Origin: an uncultured Candidatus Bathyarchaeia archaeon
GTDB taxonomy: Archaea; Thermoproteota; Bathyarchaeia; RBG-16-48-13; JAGMEO01
Reading direction: 5' to 3'
DNA: 64,000 nt
Assembly (NCBI GenBank): GCA_964551465.1
Contig: CAZKBR010000001.1
Span: forward strand, 11,768 to 75,767
A model generated the notes under the pieces. The model made no database searches, was not told the origin of the DNA, and saw only the letters and a program-made list of their open reading frames with translations. Position 1 is the stretch's first letter; every line of letters starts with the position of its first letter. Both the position numbers and the translations under genes were made by a program. Shown piece after piece: positions 29,845 to 39,946 of this stretch.

Positions 29845-30903
29845 TTAAATCTCGAATGAAATCCTGTTTCGCAGTAGAAACTCTCCGAAGAGTAAAGACA
29901 AAAGGAAGATACCATTGAACATTTCTATTATGCCCACAGGAAGCCCCAGGGAGATCTGTATCATCTCACCGCCTACTAGTAAACCGCCATACAGGATGGA
30001 GACAAATACTGTTGATAATGGATTCAACCTTCCTAGCCACGCAACGATAATCGATGAAAAACCATAACTTTGTGAGATGCCGACTCTCAATCTGTGTTGG
30101 ATGCCAGCCACCTCGCCTACTCCCGCCATTCCTGCCAGACCACCACTTATTGCCATTACCAGTAGAATGACCTTTGTGTAGTCTATCCCAGCATACTTTG
30201 TAGCTTCAGGGTTTTTGCCAACGACACGGATTTCAAAGCCCAGTTTTGTTTGAGCTATTAGAAAGTAGAGTGCTACGAATGCAACGAGCGCGATAATTAG
30301 GGTGGGATAGTGTATACGCGTACTACCTATTGTTGGTAGCTGTGCAGACGGAGAGAATTTTGATGTATAGGGGAATCCCCATTCCTCCTTCCCCCTCCAA
30401 GGCCCGTACACAAGATACTCCAGAAGCTTCGCCGCGACATAGTTAGTCATGAGAGTCGTGATGACTTCATTTGTCTGGAGCTTGGCCTTGAGCATTGCAG
30501 GTATAAGACCCCATACTGCTCCACCTACGAAGCCGGATAGGAACATTGTAGGAATCAGAAAAAATGCAGGCCATTCGGGGAAGGACAATGCGACACCTGA
30601 TGAGAATATAGTGCCCATCAACAATTGCCCCTCAGCGCCAATGTTCCAGACGCCTGTTTGAAAGGCTATCGTCAGTCCTAGCGAGCATAGCATCAGTGGA
30701 ATCGACTTTGTTATCGTTTCTGAGACACTATAGACGCTCCCGAAAGCTCCATAGAAGATTCTTCCGAAAGCTAGAACTGGGTTGGCGCCGTAAGCTAGGA
30801 AGATGACAGCTATGATAGGTAGAGAAAGGAGGGCTGAGGTAGCTGTCATGATTATGGTGTCTTGTCTTGACACTACCAGCCTGTGCTCAATTCTCAGCTT
30901 CAA
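29845..30903 (-). CDS. Nucleoside/sugar ABC transporter permease
   Basis: WNIGAEGQ, NEVITTLM, GFEIRxxGxN, SGGLAG. Confidence 0.92.
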   Translation of the reverse strand: MKLRIEHRLVVSRQDTIIMTATSALLSLPIIAVIFLAYGANPVLAFGRIFYGAFGSVYSVSETITKSIPLMLCSLGLTIAFQTGVWNIGAEGQLLMGTIFSSGVALSFPEWPAFFLIPTMFLSGFVGGAVWGLIPAMLKAKLQTNEVITTLMTNYVAAKLLEYLVYGPWRGKEEWGFPYTSKFSPSAQLPTIGSTRIHYPTLIIALVAFVALYFLIAQTKLGFEIRVVGKNPEATKYAGIDYTKVILLVMAISGGLAGMAGVGEVAGIQHRLRVGISQSYGFSSIIVAWLGRLNPLSTVFVSILYGGLLVGGEMIQISLGLPVGIIEMFNGIFLLSLLFGEFLLRNRISFEI

Positions 30904-32420
30904 CTCGCTCCCTCATCAATTCTCGTTCCAGCCATCATCATTCCTATCTCTTCAAGTCTTGCTTCATCAGCATCGACGATCTTCATTACATTGCCTTTGA
31001 AAAGGACGAGTACGCGATCACTGATTGAGAGTATCTCGTCCAGGTCTTCTGAGACAAGTAGAATTGCCGCGCCCTGTCTCCGCTGTTCTAACAGGATCCG
31101 TCTAGTCTGTTCTGTAGCTGCTACATCCAATCCGTAAGTGGGATGAGATGCAATTATGAGGCGTGGGCTTCCATGCAATTCTCTGGCTAGGATTAGCCGT
31201 TGAATATTTCCGCCAGATAGGAGTTTGGCTGGTGTCCTGATGCTGGGAGTAAGTATATTGTATTCTGAGACGAGCTTCACGGCATGTCTCCTTATATTGT
31301 CTTCTATAAGGACCATTCGGTTGGAGAAGGGAGGTTTCTCGTATTCCCTCAGGATCAGGTTGTCAGCCACACTCAGATCATTGACAATCCCCATTCTCAC
31401 ACGTTCCTCAGGAATATGTGCGACACCCGCCTTGGCTATATCCTTGGGCGAACGGTTTGTCATGTTCTCTCCGCGTATGACTACGCTGCCCTTTGTGGCT
31501 TTCCTTAGACCAGTCAGAACCTCGATGAGTTCACTTTGACCGTTTCCGGCTACGCCAGCCACGCCAAGAATCTCGCTTTCTCTTACTGAGAATGAAACAT
31601 CATTTAGAGCTGGCAAGCCTCTATCGTTCAGAGCACATATGTCGATGACATCCAGAACAATCTCGCCAGGCAGTGCACTTGGTTTTTCCAGTCGTGAGAG
31701 GATATCTTGTCCAACCATCATCCTCGCTAGTTCCTTCTCATTGGTCGTTTCGGTCTCAACAGTCTCTACGAGGACGCCTTTTCTGAGAACGGTGACGCGG
31801 TCGCTGACGCGCATTACTTCGTCGAGTTTGTGAGTTATGAAGATTATCGTATGCCCTTCGGCAACCAACCGTTTGAGCGCTTCGAAGAGTTTGCCTGTTT
31901 CCTGAAGTGTGAGTATAGATGTGGGTTCATCGAGTATGAGTATTTTAGCATTCTTGGAGAGAATCTTTAGGATTTCGACACGCTGCTGCTCTCCAACAGA
32001 AAGTTGCCACATCTCTGAGTTGAAGTCAACATTCAGACCGTATCTTTTTGAAATGTCTCCAACAATCTTCCTCGCTGCCTTCAGCGGAAACATAAGGCTA
32101 GAAGGTGGGAATCCAAGAGCAATGTTCTCTGCAACGGAAAGCTGCTGCACAAGCGAGAAGTGTTGATGGACCATGCCAATTCCTAGGTCGATCGCAACCT
32201 TGGGTGAGCTTATTTTGACTGGAATATCTCGCACAAGAATCTGGCCTTTGTCTGGCTGGTACAAACCGAAGAGGATGTTCATCAATGTGGTTTTTCCAGC
32301 CCCATTCTCCCCAAGCAGACAATGGATCTCGCCCTCTTCCACCGAGAGACTGACATTGTTGAGCGCGAGTGTTTCCGGTGGAAACTTCTTTGTGATCGAT
32401 CTCATCTCAAGTATAGGCAT
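30900..32420 (-). CDS. ABC transporter ATP-binding protein (two-domain, CUT2 type)
   Basis: GENGAGKTT, LSVGEQQR, DEPT, LSGGNIQ. Confidence 0.95.
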   Translation of the reverse strand: MPILEMRSITKKFPPETLALNNVSLSVEEGEIHCLLGENGAGKTTLMNILFGLYQPDKGQILVRDIPVKISSPKVAIDLGIGMVHQHFSLVQQLSVAENIALGFPPSSLMFPLKAARKIVGDISKRYGLNVDFNSEMWQLSVGEQQRVEILKILSKNAKILILDEPTSILTLQETGKLFEALKRLVAEGHTIIFITHKLDEVMRVSDRVTVLRKGVLVETVETETTNEKELARMMVGQDILSRLEKPSALPGEIVLDVIDICALNDRGLPALNDVSFSVRESEILGVAGVAGNGQSELIEVLTGLRKATKGSVVIRGENMTNRSPKDIAKAGVAHIPEERVRMGIVNDLSVADNLILREYEKPPFSNRMVLIEDNIRRHAVKLVSEYNILTPSIRTPAKLLSGGNIQRLILARELHGSPRLIIASHPTYGLDVAATEQTRRILLEQRRQGAAILLVSEDLDEILSISDRVLVLFKGNVMKIVDADEARLEEIGMMMAGTRIDEGAS

Positions 32421-32533
32421 AGCTCATCACGCGCTTGTGGCTTATGGAGGGGGTTCACGAGTGTTGAAGGATCGTCATTTGCTGGCTCCAAAGCAGCCAA
32501 GAGAAAAAAAAGGGATGTCTTCTGGGAATTCAC

Positions 32534-33745
32534 TTATGGTCCGGGCACTTCACCCATTACGTTGTCGACGTACCAGTTTATTGTCCATAGCACATCATGC
32601 GAGGCTCGGCACCCAGCTTCAATCTTCAAGACGCCGTGATTATCATATATCGGACCAGTGAATGGATCAAAGAGTACGGTTTCTTCGCTCATCTGTTCTA
32701 GGCGAGTCATCACGAGATCGTATATGCTGATGTCGCCTAACAAAGGATCTGTTATGTGAATTGCCTTAAGTTCATTAACGAATTTCGGGTTGATCGGCAC
32801 ACCGATCTCTCCTCCCAGTTCCACAACCCCTTCTTTGAGCATCCACCAGTAGTCTATGTTTGCAAGATTGGTTTTGTTGTAAGCCCCTGCGTAGACTTTG
32901 GCTAAGATATCCTCATAGATGGTTTCCCAGTGAACCAGCTGGCCGCTAACCACGGAGTCAGGAGCAAACTTCTGCATCGGGCTGTAGTGGCTGAACGTGT
33001 ATATCTGTTCTCCAGCTTCTGTATGTTTCTGACCCACTTGGACTACAGAAGGACTGTCCTCTGTGAACGCGATTGCATCTACGCCCTCGGCTATGAGGGC
33101 TTCTGCCGCTTCTGTCGCCTTCTGGGGGTCGTACCAAGCAAACAACCATCGTACGCTTACTGTCGCTTTGGGATTCGTTTCCTTTACTCCGAGCGCAAAG
33201 GCGTCGATATGCCTTACAACCTCTGGTGTTGGATAGGCACCAACATAGCCCACCTTATTTGTCTTTGTTAGTGCCCCCGCCATCAGACCACAGAGATAGT
33301 AAACCTGATAGAATTCCGCAAAGTAAGTACCCATGTTTGGTGCACGCTCGTAGCCTGAGCAGTGCCAAAAGATCTTGTCGGGGTATTTTCCAGCAGCTGT
33401 ATAGGTGTCGTCCATGAATCCAAAACTTGTCGTAAATATTATGTCGTAGCCTTCTTCAACGTATCTGTCAATAAAACGGAGAGCATCACCTTCTGCCACG
33501 GACTCGGAGTAGGAAGTATTAAGCCATGGGAACTTCGACTGCACGTAGATCCTGCCTACATCATGGGCGTGTGTCCACCCATAGTCGCCGACTGGGCCAA
33601 CGTAGATGAAAGCAGCTTTAATCTTCTTGCCTTCAACTTGACCTTGAGGACCTCTGAGCAGTGGTGCAAGTACATAACCAGCCGCGCCACCGATAAACAG
33701 ACCGATGACCAGAAAAACAATCCCAGCAGTTGTCTTACTTGCCAT
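32534..33745 (-). CDS. BMP-family substrate-binding protein (nucleoside-like)
   Basis: FIYVGPxGDxGW, TTSFGF, WYDP; N-terminal TM anchor; start set at ATG 33745 (MASKTT). Confidence 0.9.
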   Translation of the reverse strand: MASKTTAGIVFLVIGLFIGGAAGYVLAPLLRGPQGQVEGKKIKAAFIYVGPVGDYGWTHAHDVGRIYVQSKFPWLNTSYSESVAEGDALRFIDRYVEEGYDIIFTTSFGFMDDTYTAAGKYPDKIFWHCSGYERAPNMGTYFAEFYQVYYLCGLMAGALTKTNKVGYVGAYPTPEVVRHIDAFALGVKETNPKATVSVRWLFAWYDPQKATEAAEALIAEGVDAIAFTEDSPSVVQVGQKHTEAGEQIYTFSHYSPMQKFAPDSVVSGQLVHWETIYEDILAKVYAGAYNKTNLANIDYWWMLKEGVVELGGEIGVPINPKFVNELKAIHITDPLLGDISIYDLVMTRLEQMSEETVLFDPFTGPIYDNHGVLKIEAGCRASHDVLWTINWYVDNVMGEVPGP

Positions 33746-33799
33746 TTTATCCCTCTCTATTATACTGCACCATCGCGTCGTGCTCCCATTATTTAAGCG

Positions 33800-33828
33800 G
33801 TTTTGTATTATATTTGATAATATAAAAC
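33800..33828. promoter_or_regulatory. Inverted repeat, candidate operator of the ABC operon
   Basis: GTTTTGTATTAT-N5-ATAATATAAAAC (11/12 symmetric), about 55 bp upstream of the BMP start. Confidence 0.5.
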
Positions 33829-34009
33829 AAATATAAAAGCTTTTTCTACACCGATATGTCAACAACTTCCAACAAATAGTGTCTGGGAAGGAGTGATTTG
33901 ATAGATCTTCAACCATTTGATCGCCCAATCGTTACGGAATAGTTTCTCGGCAAACTTCCGACTGGTAGAATTCGAAGACGTTGATCGGCTTGGTCGAGAA
34001 CTTTTTGAT

Positions 34010-34242
34010 CCAACTGTGAGAGGTTAATTTCCCCAATGAGCATAAACGCCAAGCTTATCAGCCAGAAGATCGCAAGCAGTCTGAGTTACTTAGTTTTCAG
34101 CGTCTTTTTCTTAAACCGTTTTACGATCGCAAGCAACACAGTCGCTGGGAGGGTAAAGTATACGATGCCTATCAAGGAGCTTGCTACGAAACCCGCCACT
34201 ACAACACCGAACTCAGGACTGAAGGTAAAGATCCTTTCAATG
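34010..34242 (-). pseudogene. Remnant of a membrane-anchor C-terminus (resembles the CFI-box-CTERM tail)
   Basis: Minus frame IFTFSPEFGVVVAGFVASSLIGIVYFTLP...KTK*LRLLAIFWLISLAFMLIGEI; in-frame TAA at 34086-34088; no start; boundaries approximate. Confidence 0.5.
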
Positions 34243-35940
34243 CCTTAAGCACGCTTTTGATATCTCCATCAATATGTTTGGCGGCGTGAATAAGCTGAAT
34301 ACTCGAACATAGCTCAAAGATCCCGCGTCCCTAATGTGTCGGGCGTCCCCCCTTTCAATGTAACCCTCAGTGAACGCTTCAATTAGAGGCATAATCCTCT
34401 TCTTCTCCACCGTGTAATGACCAGTGTAGTATAGAAACTCAGCTATGTCCCATACGGGATTTCCTTTGCCAGCTTGCTCTAGATCAACGAAGTATATTCC
34501 ATCATCCGGACTAAGTATAATGTTTTCAGGTTTACAATCTCCAATAGTCACATTGAGAGAATGGATCACAGCTATTTTTTGTGCAAGCCGATGAATCAAA
34601 CTTAAATCCTCCCCTACATCATGACCCTTGCTAAAAATTCTGCGAATAACTTCTTCAAAGTTCCTTCCCTGTATGTATTGTTGGAGAAGAAGCCTGCCCT
34701 CAAGGTTCACATAGTATATCTCAGGGGCGGATACGCCGTGCCTCGCAAGGAAGCCGCTCATTTTGTACTCATTCATTAACCTCTTCTCCCCAAAAACTTC
34801 AAACTCTTGGAGACCCATGGTCCACAGCGATAGCGGCATCCACTTAAGCCCGCACCAATCTTCATACCTCTTCGCAACTATCTTCCTTTCCTTGTTATCT
34901 TCGCGAAAGCTCAAGAGATACACAAAGTTGAGCGTTCCTCCCAGATTTCGAAAAGACAACTCTGAAACCTTACCGAATGGAGCCCCTGTTGTTATGACAT
35001 CTTCAAAGGTGTATTTCTCGCCCAAACTTACCATCCCATGAGCTGAATGAAGGTACAGATAGTTTTTTGGATCCTCTAGCTCCGCGGATTGCTCCTTTAG
35101 TTCCCTCTCAACCTTTGATGCGAGTTCCTTTAGAATAATTTGGGGTCCTACTGACCCTGCAAAGCCATGCGATATGTACTGACGGATAACTCTCTCGGTT
35201 TCTCTTAGGGGGACCACAACGTGGTATATTTTTTTGTTTATTTCTTCAGCAAATGCTTTGGAAATCTTCACATATTTGTCTTCGAAGAGGACTACGTTTT
35301 CCGCATGAAGCTCTTTGAGGGCCTCTTCATAACCCTTCATAATACTTAGTATGTTTTGTTTCCCTAGCCCTGAGGATAGCATTTTCATATAACTGTACTT
35401 AACTGGTCGATAGACCATGGCTCTCTTCTGCATTTTGCTGTAAGCGAAGAAATGTGGATCGATGAATATCTCGCAACAGAACTCTTTATACCGATGGATA
35501 AGATTCTCAAGCACCTCGAGTATGATGCGCTTTTTCATTCTGGTTTCTTGCTTCCACAAATAGTCCCCGTTAATTAGAGGCACATAAGGCGTAATAAGAC
35601 GCCCAGCAACGAACTCTCCCAGAATCGCGTTGTCAATGTCATCTTCAAAGACTGCTTTCTCGACTGCTAGAACAGAGATGTCGACACGACCCATTTTTTT
35701 ATAATGATACTTCACCTTTCTACTGTAAGGATCCATTATGAGAATAACATCGTAGTCGCTAGACGGGCGCGCATATCCGCATACCCTTGAGCCGTAGAGG
35801 CATGCCGCAACTATTTTGTTTTTCCCCGCTATTTCATAGCATAACTCTATAACTCTAGGAGCGACTTCGTCAAGACTCAATGTAGGTACCACCGAACTCC
35901 TTTGACCGATCCAAATCGACATCATACTATGGTGACACAC
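34237..35940 (-). CDS. Fusion of a Pol-beta-type nucleotidyltransferase and a protein-kinase-like (APH/RIO/Bud32-like) domain
   Basis: N-terminal YGSRVxG...SDYDV; C-terminal VAKRY, GDCKPENI, FVDLEQ, WDIAEF. Confidence 0.8.
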   Translation of the reverse strand: MCHHSMMSIWIGQRSSVVPTLSLDEVAPRVIELCYEIAGKNKIVAACLYGSRVCGYARPSSDYDVILIMDPYSRKVKYHYKKMGRVDISVLAVEKAVFEDDIDNAILGEFVAGRLITPYVPLINGDYLWKQETRMKKRIILEVLENLIHRYKEFCCEIFIDPHFFAYSKMQKRAMVYRPVKYSYMKMLSSGLGKQNILSIMKGYEEALKELHAENVVLFEDKYVKISKAFAEEINKKIYHVVVPLRETERVIRQYISHGFAGSVGPQIILKELASKVERELKEQSAELEDPKNYLYLHSAHGMVSLGEKYTFEDVITTGAPFGKVSELSFRNLGGTLNFVYLLSFREDNKERKIVAKRYEDWCGLKWMPLSLWTMGLQEFEVFGEKRLMNEYKMSGFLARHGVSAPEIYYVNLEGRLLLQQYIQGRNFEEVIRRIFSKGHDVGEDLSLIHRLAQKIAVIHSLNVTIGDCKPENIILSPDDGIYFVDLEQAGKGNPVWDIAEFLYYTGHYTVEKKRIMPLIEAFTEGYIERGDARHIRDAGSLSYVRVFSLFTPPNILMEISKACLRH

Positions 35941-36029
35941 TTCTAGTTATTTATTCTGGGGCATCGCAAGATCAACTATGTTTATTTTAAAAGATGCGAA
36001 GGCATTATAGGGGAGTTATAGAGGTTCAA

Positions 36030-36168
36030 GCCGGGGTAGCCAAGCTAGGTTTAAGGCGCTGGACACTCTGAAGGAACAGACTCGAGATCCAGTTCTCCCT
36101 TCGACCGCATCCTAGGCTGTCGAGGATTGGGAGGACGGAGGCCATGGGTTCAAATCCCATCCCCGGCG
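36030..36168 (+). tRNA. tRNA-Ser(CGA) with two non-canonical introns (about 36065-36081 and 36105-36135)
   Basis: Acceptor stem GCCGGGG/CCCCGGC, G73 discriminator, T arm ATGGG-TTCAAAT-CCCAT; after intron removal the anticodon arm is CTGGA-CT CGA GA-TCCAG with a long variable arm; CCA not encoded. Confidence 0.88.
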
Positions 36169-36232
36169 CCTACTCCGTTTGAGAGCCAAAAAATGATTCA
36201 AAGCATTTATCAGTTTATCAAGTCCCTAACTG

Positions 36233-36961
36233 GTGGGAAAAATGTCTAGCAAAATGCAGAAAGAACTTGTAGAGATTATTGATCAGATTAAGAATCGAAC
36301 TCTTCGAAAGGTTGTGCGCGAACTAGTATTGAAGCCAACTCTATCGTTAAAGACGAAAGAACCGCGTGATGCGGGGTTACCATTACTGACTAGTCCTGCA
36401 GCCAAAACGTGGCATCACAGCTATCCTATGGGACTTTTAGAACACATGATATCAACCTCTAGAGTTGCCTTAGCACTATGCGATTCTGCAGAAAAGATCT
36501 ATGGGGGAAGAGTTGATCGAGATCTTGTTCTAGCGGGGGTTCTGTTGCATGATGTTTTCAAACCGATGACTTACGTAGAGAATGAAGACGGAACATACGG
36601 CGTCTCACCTCTAGGTGAACGTCTGGATCACTTGACATTAGTTCTCTGCGAGTTGTATAAGAAAAAGGTGCCTATTGAACTGCTCCACATACTTGCCTCT
36701 CACCATGGAAGAGCAGGACCTATTAGTCCCAGGACTATCGAGGCCCTAATCGTCCATGTCGCTGATGTTGCAGATGCAACGCTTAACGGAGAGGTTCTCA
36801 GCGCCGCCAAATTCTTGGCGAAGAAGTGCACAGGTGAAGAAGTGACTTTCACTTCATCGAAAGAAGCATTTGAAATAGTGCACGCAAAGCAGGCAGAAGG
36901 ATGCGAAGGCGTGATTAAGGTCATAGAAAAAATAAGGAAGAACAGAAGCCGGCGAGTCTAG
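36233..36961 (+). CDS. HD-domain phosphohydrolase (YhaM-like HD domain, no OB fold)
   Basis: HHSYxxGLLEH, LLHDxxK, SHHG, ExxIVHxAD. Confidence 0.85.
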   Translation: MGKMSSKMQKELVEIIDQIKNRTLRKVVRELVLKPTLSLKTKEPRDAGLPLLTSPAAKTWHHSYPMGLLEHMISTSRVALALCDSAEKIYGGRVDRDLVLAGVLLHDVFKPMTYVENEDGTYGVSPLGERLDHLTLVLCELYKKKVPIELLHILASHHGRAGPISPRTIEALIVHVADVADATLNGEVLSAAKFLAKKCTGEEVTFTSSKEAFEIVHAKQAEGCEGVIKVIEKIRKNRSRRV

Positions 36962-37374
36962 AAACCCTCGCCCTGACCCCCTCTGTAATATCCGTACCCT
37001 GCCCCTTCGTAACTCTTAGCTGAGAGGTTATTTCCCTCGTTTACTTCTCCGATCTCCTCCTTCACACTCTCAGCTGATCCATAAAAACCGACGTTGAGCC
37101 TCAATGATCCCCTAAACAGAGAGGTGTAACCGTTCTTCACCTCGATGACGTTGCCTGCGCTGAACTTATCAATGTTATCGTCCCACAATGTTAGCAGCAC
37201 AGAGCCAGTCTCATCGCCAATAAGTGCGTCAGCAACCCTATGTTCAGACAAATCCTTCCTAAAAGTAACCGTTCTGGGCTCTCCCACGTTAACGATCTTA
37301 GCAATTAAATTTACCTTCCTCAAACCGGGCTTCAGGTCACTAACCTTTATGCGCTCTTCAAACCTTCTACTCAT
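36958..37374 (-). CDS. ssb: Single-OB-fold single-stranded DNA-binding protein (crenarchaeal SSB type)
   Basis: KVxDLKPG, GDETGSVxLTLWD, NGY, LxLNxG and a flexible Gly/Tyr tail; start set at MSRRFEE. Confidence 0.88.
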   Translation of the reverse strand: MSRRFEERIKVSDLKPGLRKVNLIAKIVNVGEPRTVTFRKDLSEHRVADALIGDETGSVLLTLWDDNIDKFSAGNVIEVKNGYTSLFRGSLRLNVGFYGSAESVKEEIGEVNEGNNLSAKSYEGAGYGYYRGGQGEGF

Positions 37375-37532
37375 AAAGTGACACCAACTTTCCGAAAATG
37401 TCATTCTTTAGATATTGGCTATTTACTATTAAAGGTTCTTATTAATGGTCTTTATTCGAATGCATAACGAAGAATGGATAAGCTTAGCTGCAAAAGCGTT
37501 TAAGCTAGATTAGGAGTGGCTGAGTTTCACCC

Positions 37533-39356
37533 ATGGTTGAAGAGGAAGCTAACTACGTAACGCGTGTGGTCCGCCATTATCATTCTCTATTTACTTTCCC
37601 ACCACACCGAATGCTAGTCACCCTTCTGTTGTTAGTAAGTGTGGGAGGGAGCATAGTAGCGTTTTCCATCGGGTTTCAATCGTTTGATGGATTATACAAC
37701 GGCTTACTTTTCGGAACAACAGTGTTAGCATTTCCGAGTCTAATTGGAGATTTGATTCTGAGGGGTGCGATCGCCAGAGAAAACGTAATATTCGATTTAA
37801 GGCGTTGCACTGCTCTGTCCGCTATTTCTTGCGCTGCATGGATAATGGTTCTTTTGGTGGGAGGACTCTTCCAAATAAGTCGACATAACGCCCTTTTTTA
37901 TGCATCGATACTGGGGTCCTGCATCATAACGGCTTTGCGTTATCTCGCTTTTTCCAGCGTGTCATTTCTTGATAAGTGGCGGGTTATGGGCTCAACGATG
38001 ATTCAGCCCCTACTCTGCCTCGTGGCCAACATTGTGTTCTGGAAGGGATGGCTTTCCTCGGCATTTCTAGCAGTCATCATGGCAAACTCTACATTGTTGG
38101 TCGCCACGCATGTCTTCGTCTATTTTATAGACAGGCATGGAATGGAGATAGTTGGCATAGGCTCTATTGACCTCTTGAAGGGATTTGCAGCCAGCTGGAC
38201 CAAGAATATACCGTTTCCGCTCGAAGAACGTTTAGAGAAACTAGGATACAAAGCAGATGTTTCTGTTGCACTAATAGCTTTTAGAGATAAGGAGAAAATT
38301 AAAGCAATTATGGTTGTTCCCGAGATTCATCCAGGCCCATTCAGAAACGTCGGAAGCAGTGACTTTCCATACATGGTTCAGAGATCTTTGGGGGAAAAAT
38401 TTAAATGTATAGCTGCTACCCCTCACGGGACCTCAGGGCATGAATTAAACCTTACATCTCAACATCAATGTAGGAAGGCGCTTAGAGAGATCAATGATCT
38501 AGCGGAGTTCTCTATGTTCTCAACAACGGCAACGAGGCTTGTACGCAGAGAGGTCGGTTCTGCAAAGGCAACATGCCAGTTCTTTGGAAAAGACGCTATT
38601 GTGACAGTAACATGCGCTCCAAAAAGCATGGAGGACATACCTTTACAGGTAGGATCTCAGATAGCCAAAAGAGGCATGGAGCTAGGTGCTAGAACAGTTG
38701 TGGTGATCGACACCCATAACAGCATTGAAGCATCTGATAAAGTACCTGTATTGTCAGAGGGAGATTTGAAGGACATCCAAGAAGCTGCCAACAGCGCGAT
38801 AGCATCAGCAGCAAACGAGCACCAGACGGCCTTTAAGGTCGGCGTATCGAAAGTTACACCGCAAGACTTTGACCTGACCCAAGGAATGGGTAATGGTGGC
38901 ATCGTTGTTCTCACGATTAGAACTGGTGAACAAATCGCTGCATATGTGATAGTCGATGGAAACAACATGGTTAGTGGCCTCCGCGAGGAGATCCAAGAGT
39001 CACTCAAACGCTTTGGTATTGAGGATGGAGAGATTTTGACAACAGACACTCACGTCGTAAACGCGTTGACTCTAGTAGAGAGGGGTTACCATCCGGTTGG
39101 AGAAGCACTAGACAGAGAAGGACTGATTCTTTATGTTGAAGAAGCCGCACGTGAGGCGCTTGCCAACATGCAGAGGTCGGAAGCATCATTTAAGGCCGGC
39201 AAGGTTTACGGCGTTAAAGTGATCGGAGAGAGCGGTCTAGCCAAAATCAGCCTTCTGGTTGACTCAACATTGCACGTCATGAAAAGGTATGCACTGATCA
39301 TTTTCGCTCCAGCCATGTTGCTGGTTGCGCTGTTTAGTCTTCTACTTTCTGCATGA
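37533..39356 (+). CDS. DUF2070-family membrane protein
   Basis: Several N-terminal TM helices; HPGPF, HGxxxH, DxHN, DGNN, TTDTH. Confidence 0.85.
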   Translation: MVEEEANYVTRVVRHYHSLFTFPPHRMLVTLLLLVSVGGSIVAFSIGFQSFDGLYNGLLFGTTVLAFPSLIGDLILRGAIARENVIFDLRRCTALSAISCAAWIMVLLVGGLFQISRHNALFYASILGSCIITALRYLAFSSVSFLDKWRVMGSTMIQPLLCLVANIVFWKGWLSSAFLAVIMANSTLLVATHVFVYFIDRHGMEIVGIGSIDLLKGFAASWTKNIPFPLEERLEKLGYKADVSVALIAFRDKEKIKAIMVVPEIHPGPFRNVGSSDFPYMVQRSLGEKFKCIAATPHGTSGHELNLTSQHQCRKALREINDLAEFSMFSTTATRLVRREVGSAKATCQFFGKDAIVTVTCAPKSMEDIPLQVGSQIAKRGMELGARTVVVIDTHNSIEASDKVPVLSEGDLKDIQEAANSAIASAANEHQTAFKVGVSKVTPQDFDLTQGMGNGGIVVLTIRTGEQIAAYVIVDGNNMVSGLREEIQESLKRFGIEDGEILTTDTHVVNALTLVERGYHPVGEALDREGLILYVEEAAREALANMQRSEASFKAGKVYGVKVIGESGLAKISLLVDSTLHVMKRYALIIFAPAMLLVALFSLLLSA

Positions 39357-39483
39357 CAGAGGCAAAAGCCTCTTTCTCGCGGGAGCGCCAGGCAGTCACA
39401 AGTATGGAAAACCCTTTAAGGCGATCGTAAGCTTTATACTGTTGAACACTTTACCTATCTGGAATCGATCAGGAGACTCTGGC

Positions 39484-39783
39484 ATGTCTGAAAAAGAGCA
39501 GGAAAATGTTGTTCTAATCGGAAGCAAGCCCGTCATGAATTACATTGTGGCATGCTTGACTTTCTTTAATTCCGGGGTTCCAGAAGTTGTTTTGAAGGCT
39601 AGGGGACGAGCGACCAGTCGCGCAGTCGATGTCGTGGAACTCATGCGTAGAGCGTTCGTCAAGGACCTCCAAATCAAAAACATACAGATAGGCACGGAAG
39701 AACTCACGCGCTCAGAGGGGCAGAAGGTTAACGTCTCAACGATCGAAATCGTGGTTGCAAAGCCGAAGGGGGCCCCTGAGTAA
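39484..39783 (+). CDS. albA: DNA/RNA-binding protein Alba
   Basis: IGxKPVMNY, KARGRA, AVDV, IGTE, VSTIEI. Confidence 0.95.
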   Translation: MSEKEQENVVLIGSKPVMNYIVACLTFFNSGVPEVVLKARGRATSRAVDVVELMRRAFVKDLQIKNIQIGTEELTRSEGQKVNVSTIEIVVAKPKGAPE

Positions 39784-39946
39784 AAAGAAGCAACTACTTC
39801 TGCGGCTTAGTAAATCAAAAGTTGACTAGGGGACGCTGCTGCTTTAAAATCCTTAGCCAAGTGACTTTAATTTGGCAAGGTGGCGCGTGCGAGCATATAA
39901 TTTAAGCTTTTTCTTCATGTTAGGAAGATATTCTAATACTTGAGGG

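Noticed and set aside
36030..36230. tRNA as an integration site for a mobile element
   Set aside because: No integrase and no duplicated tRNA 3' end seen in the window.
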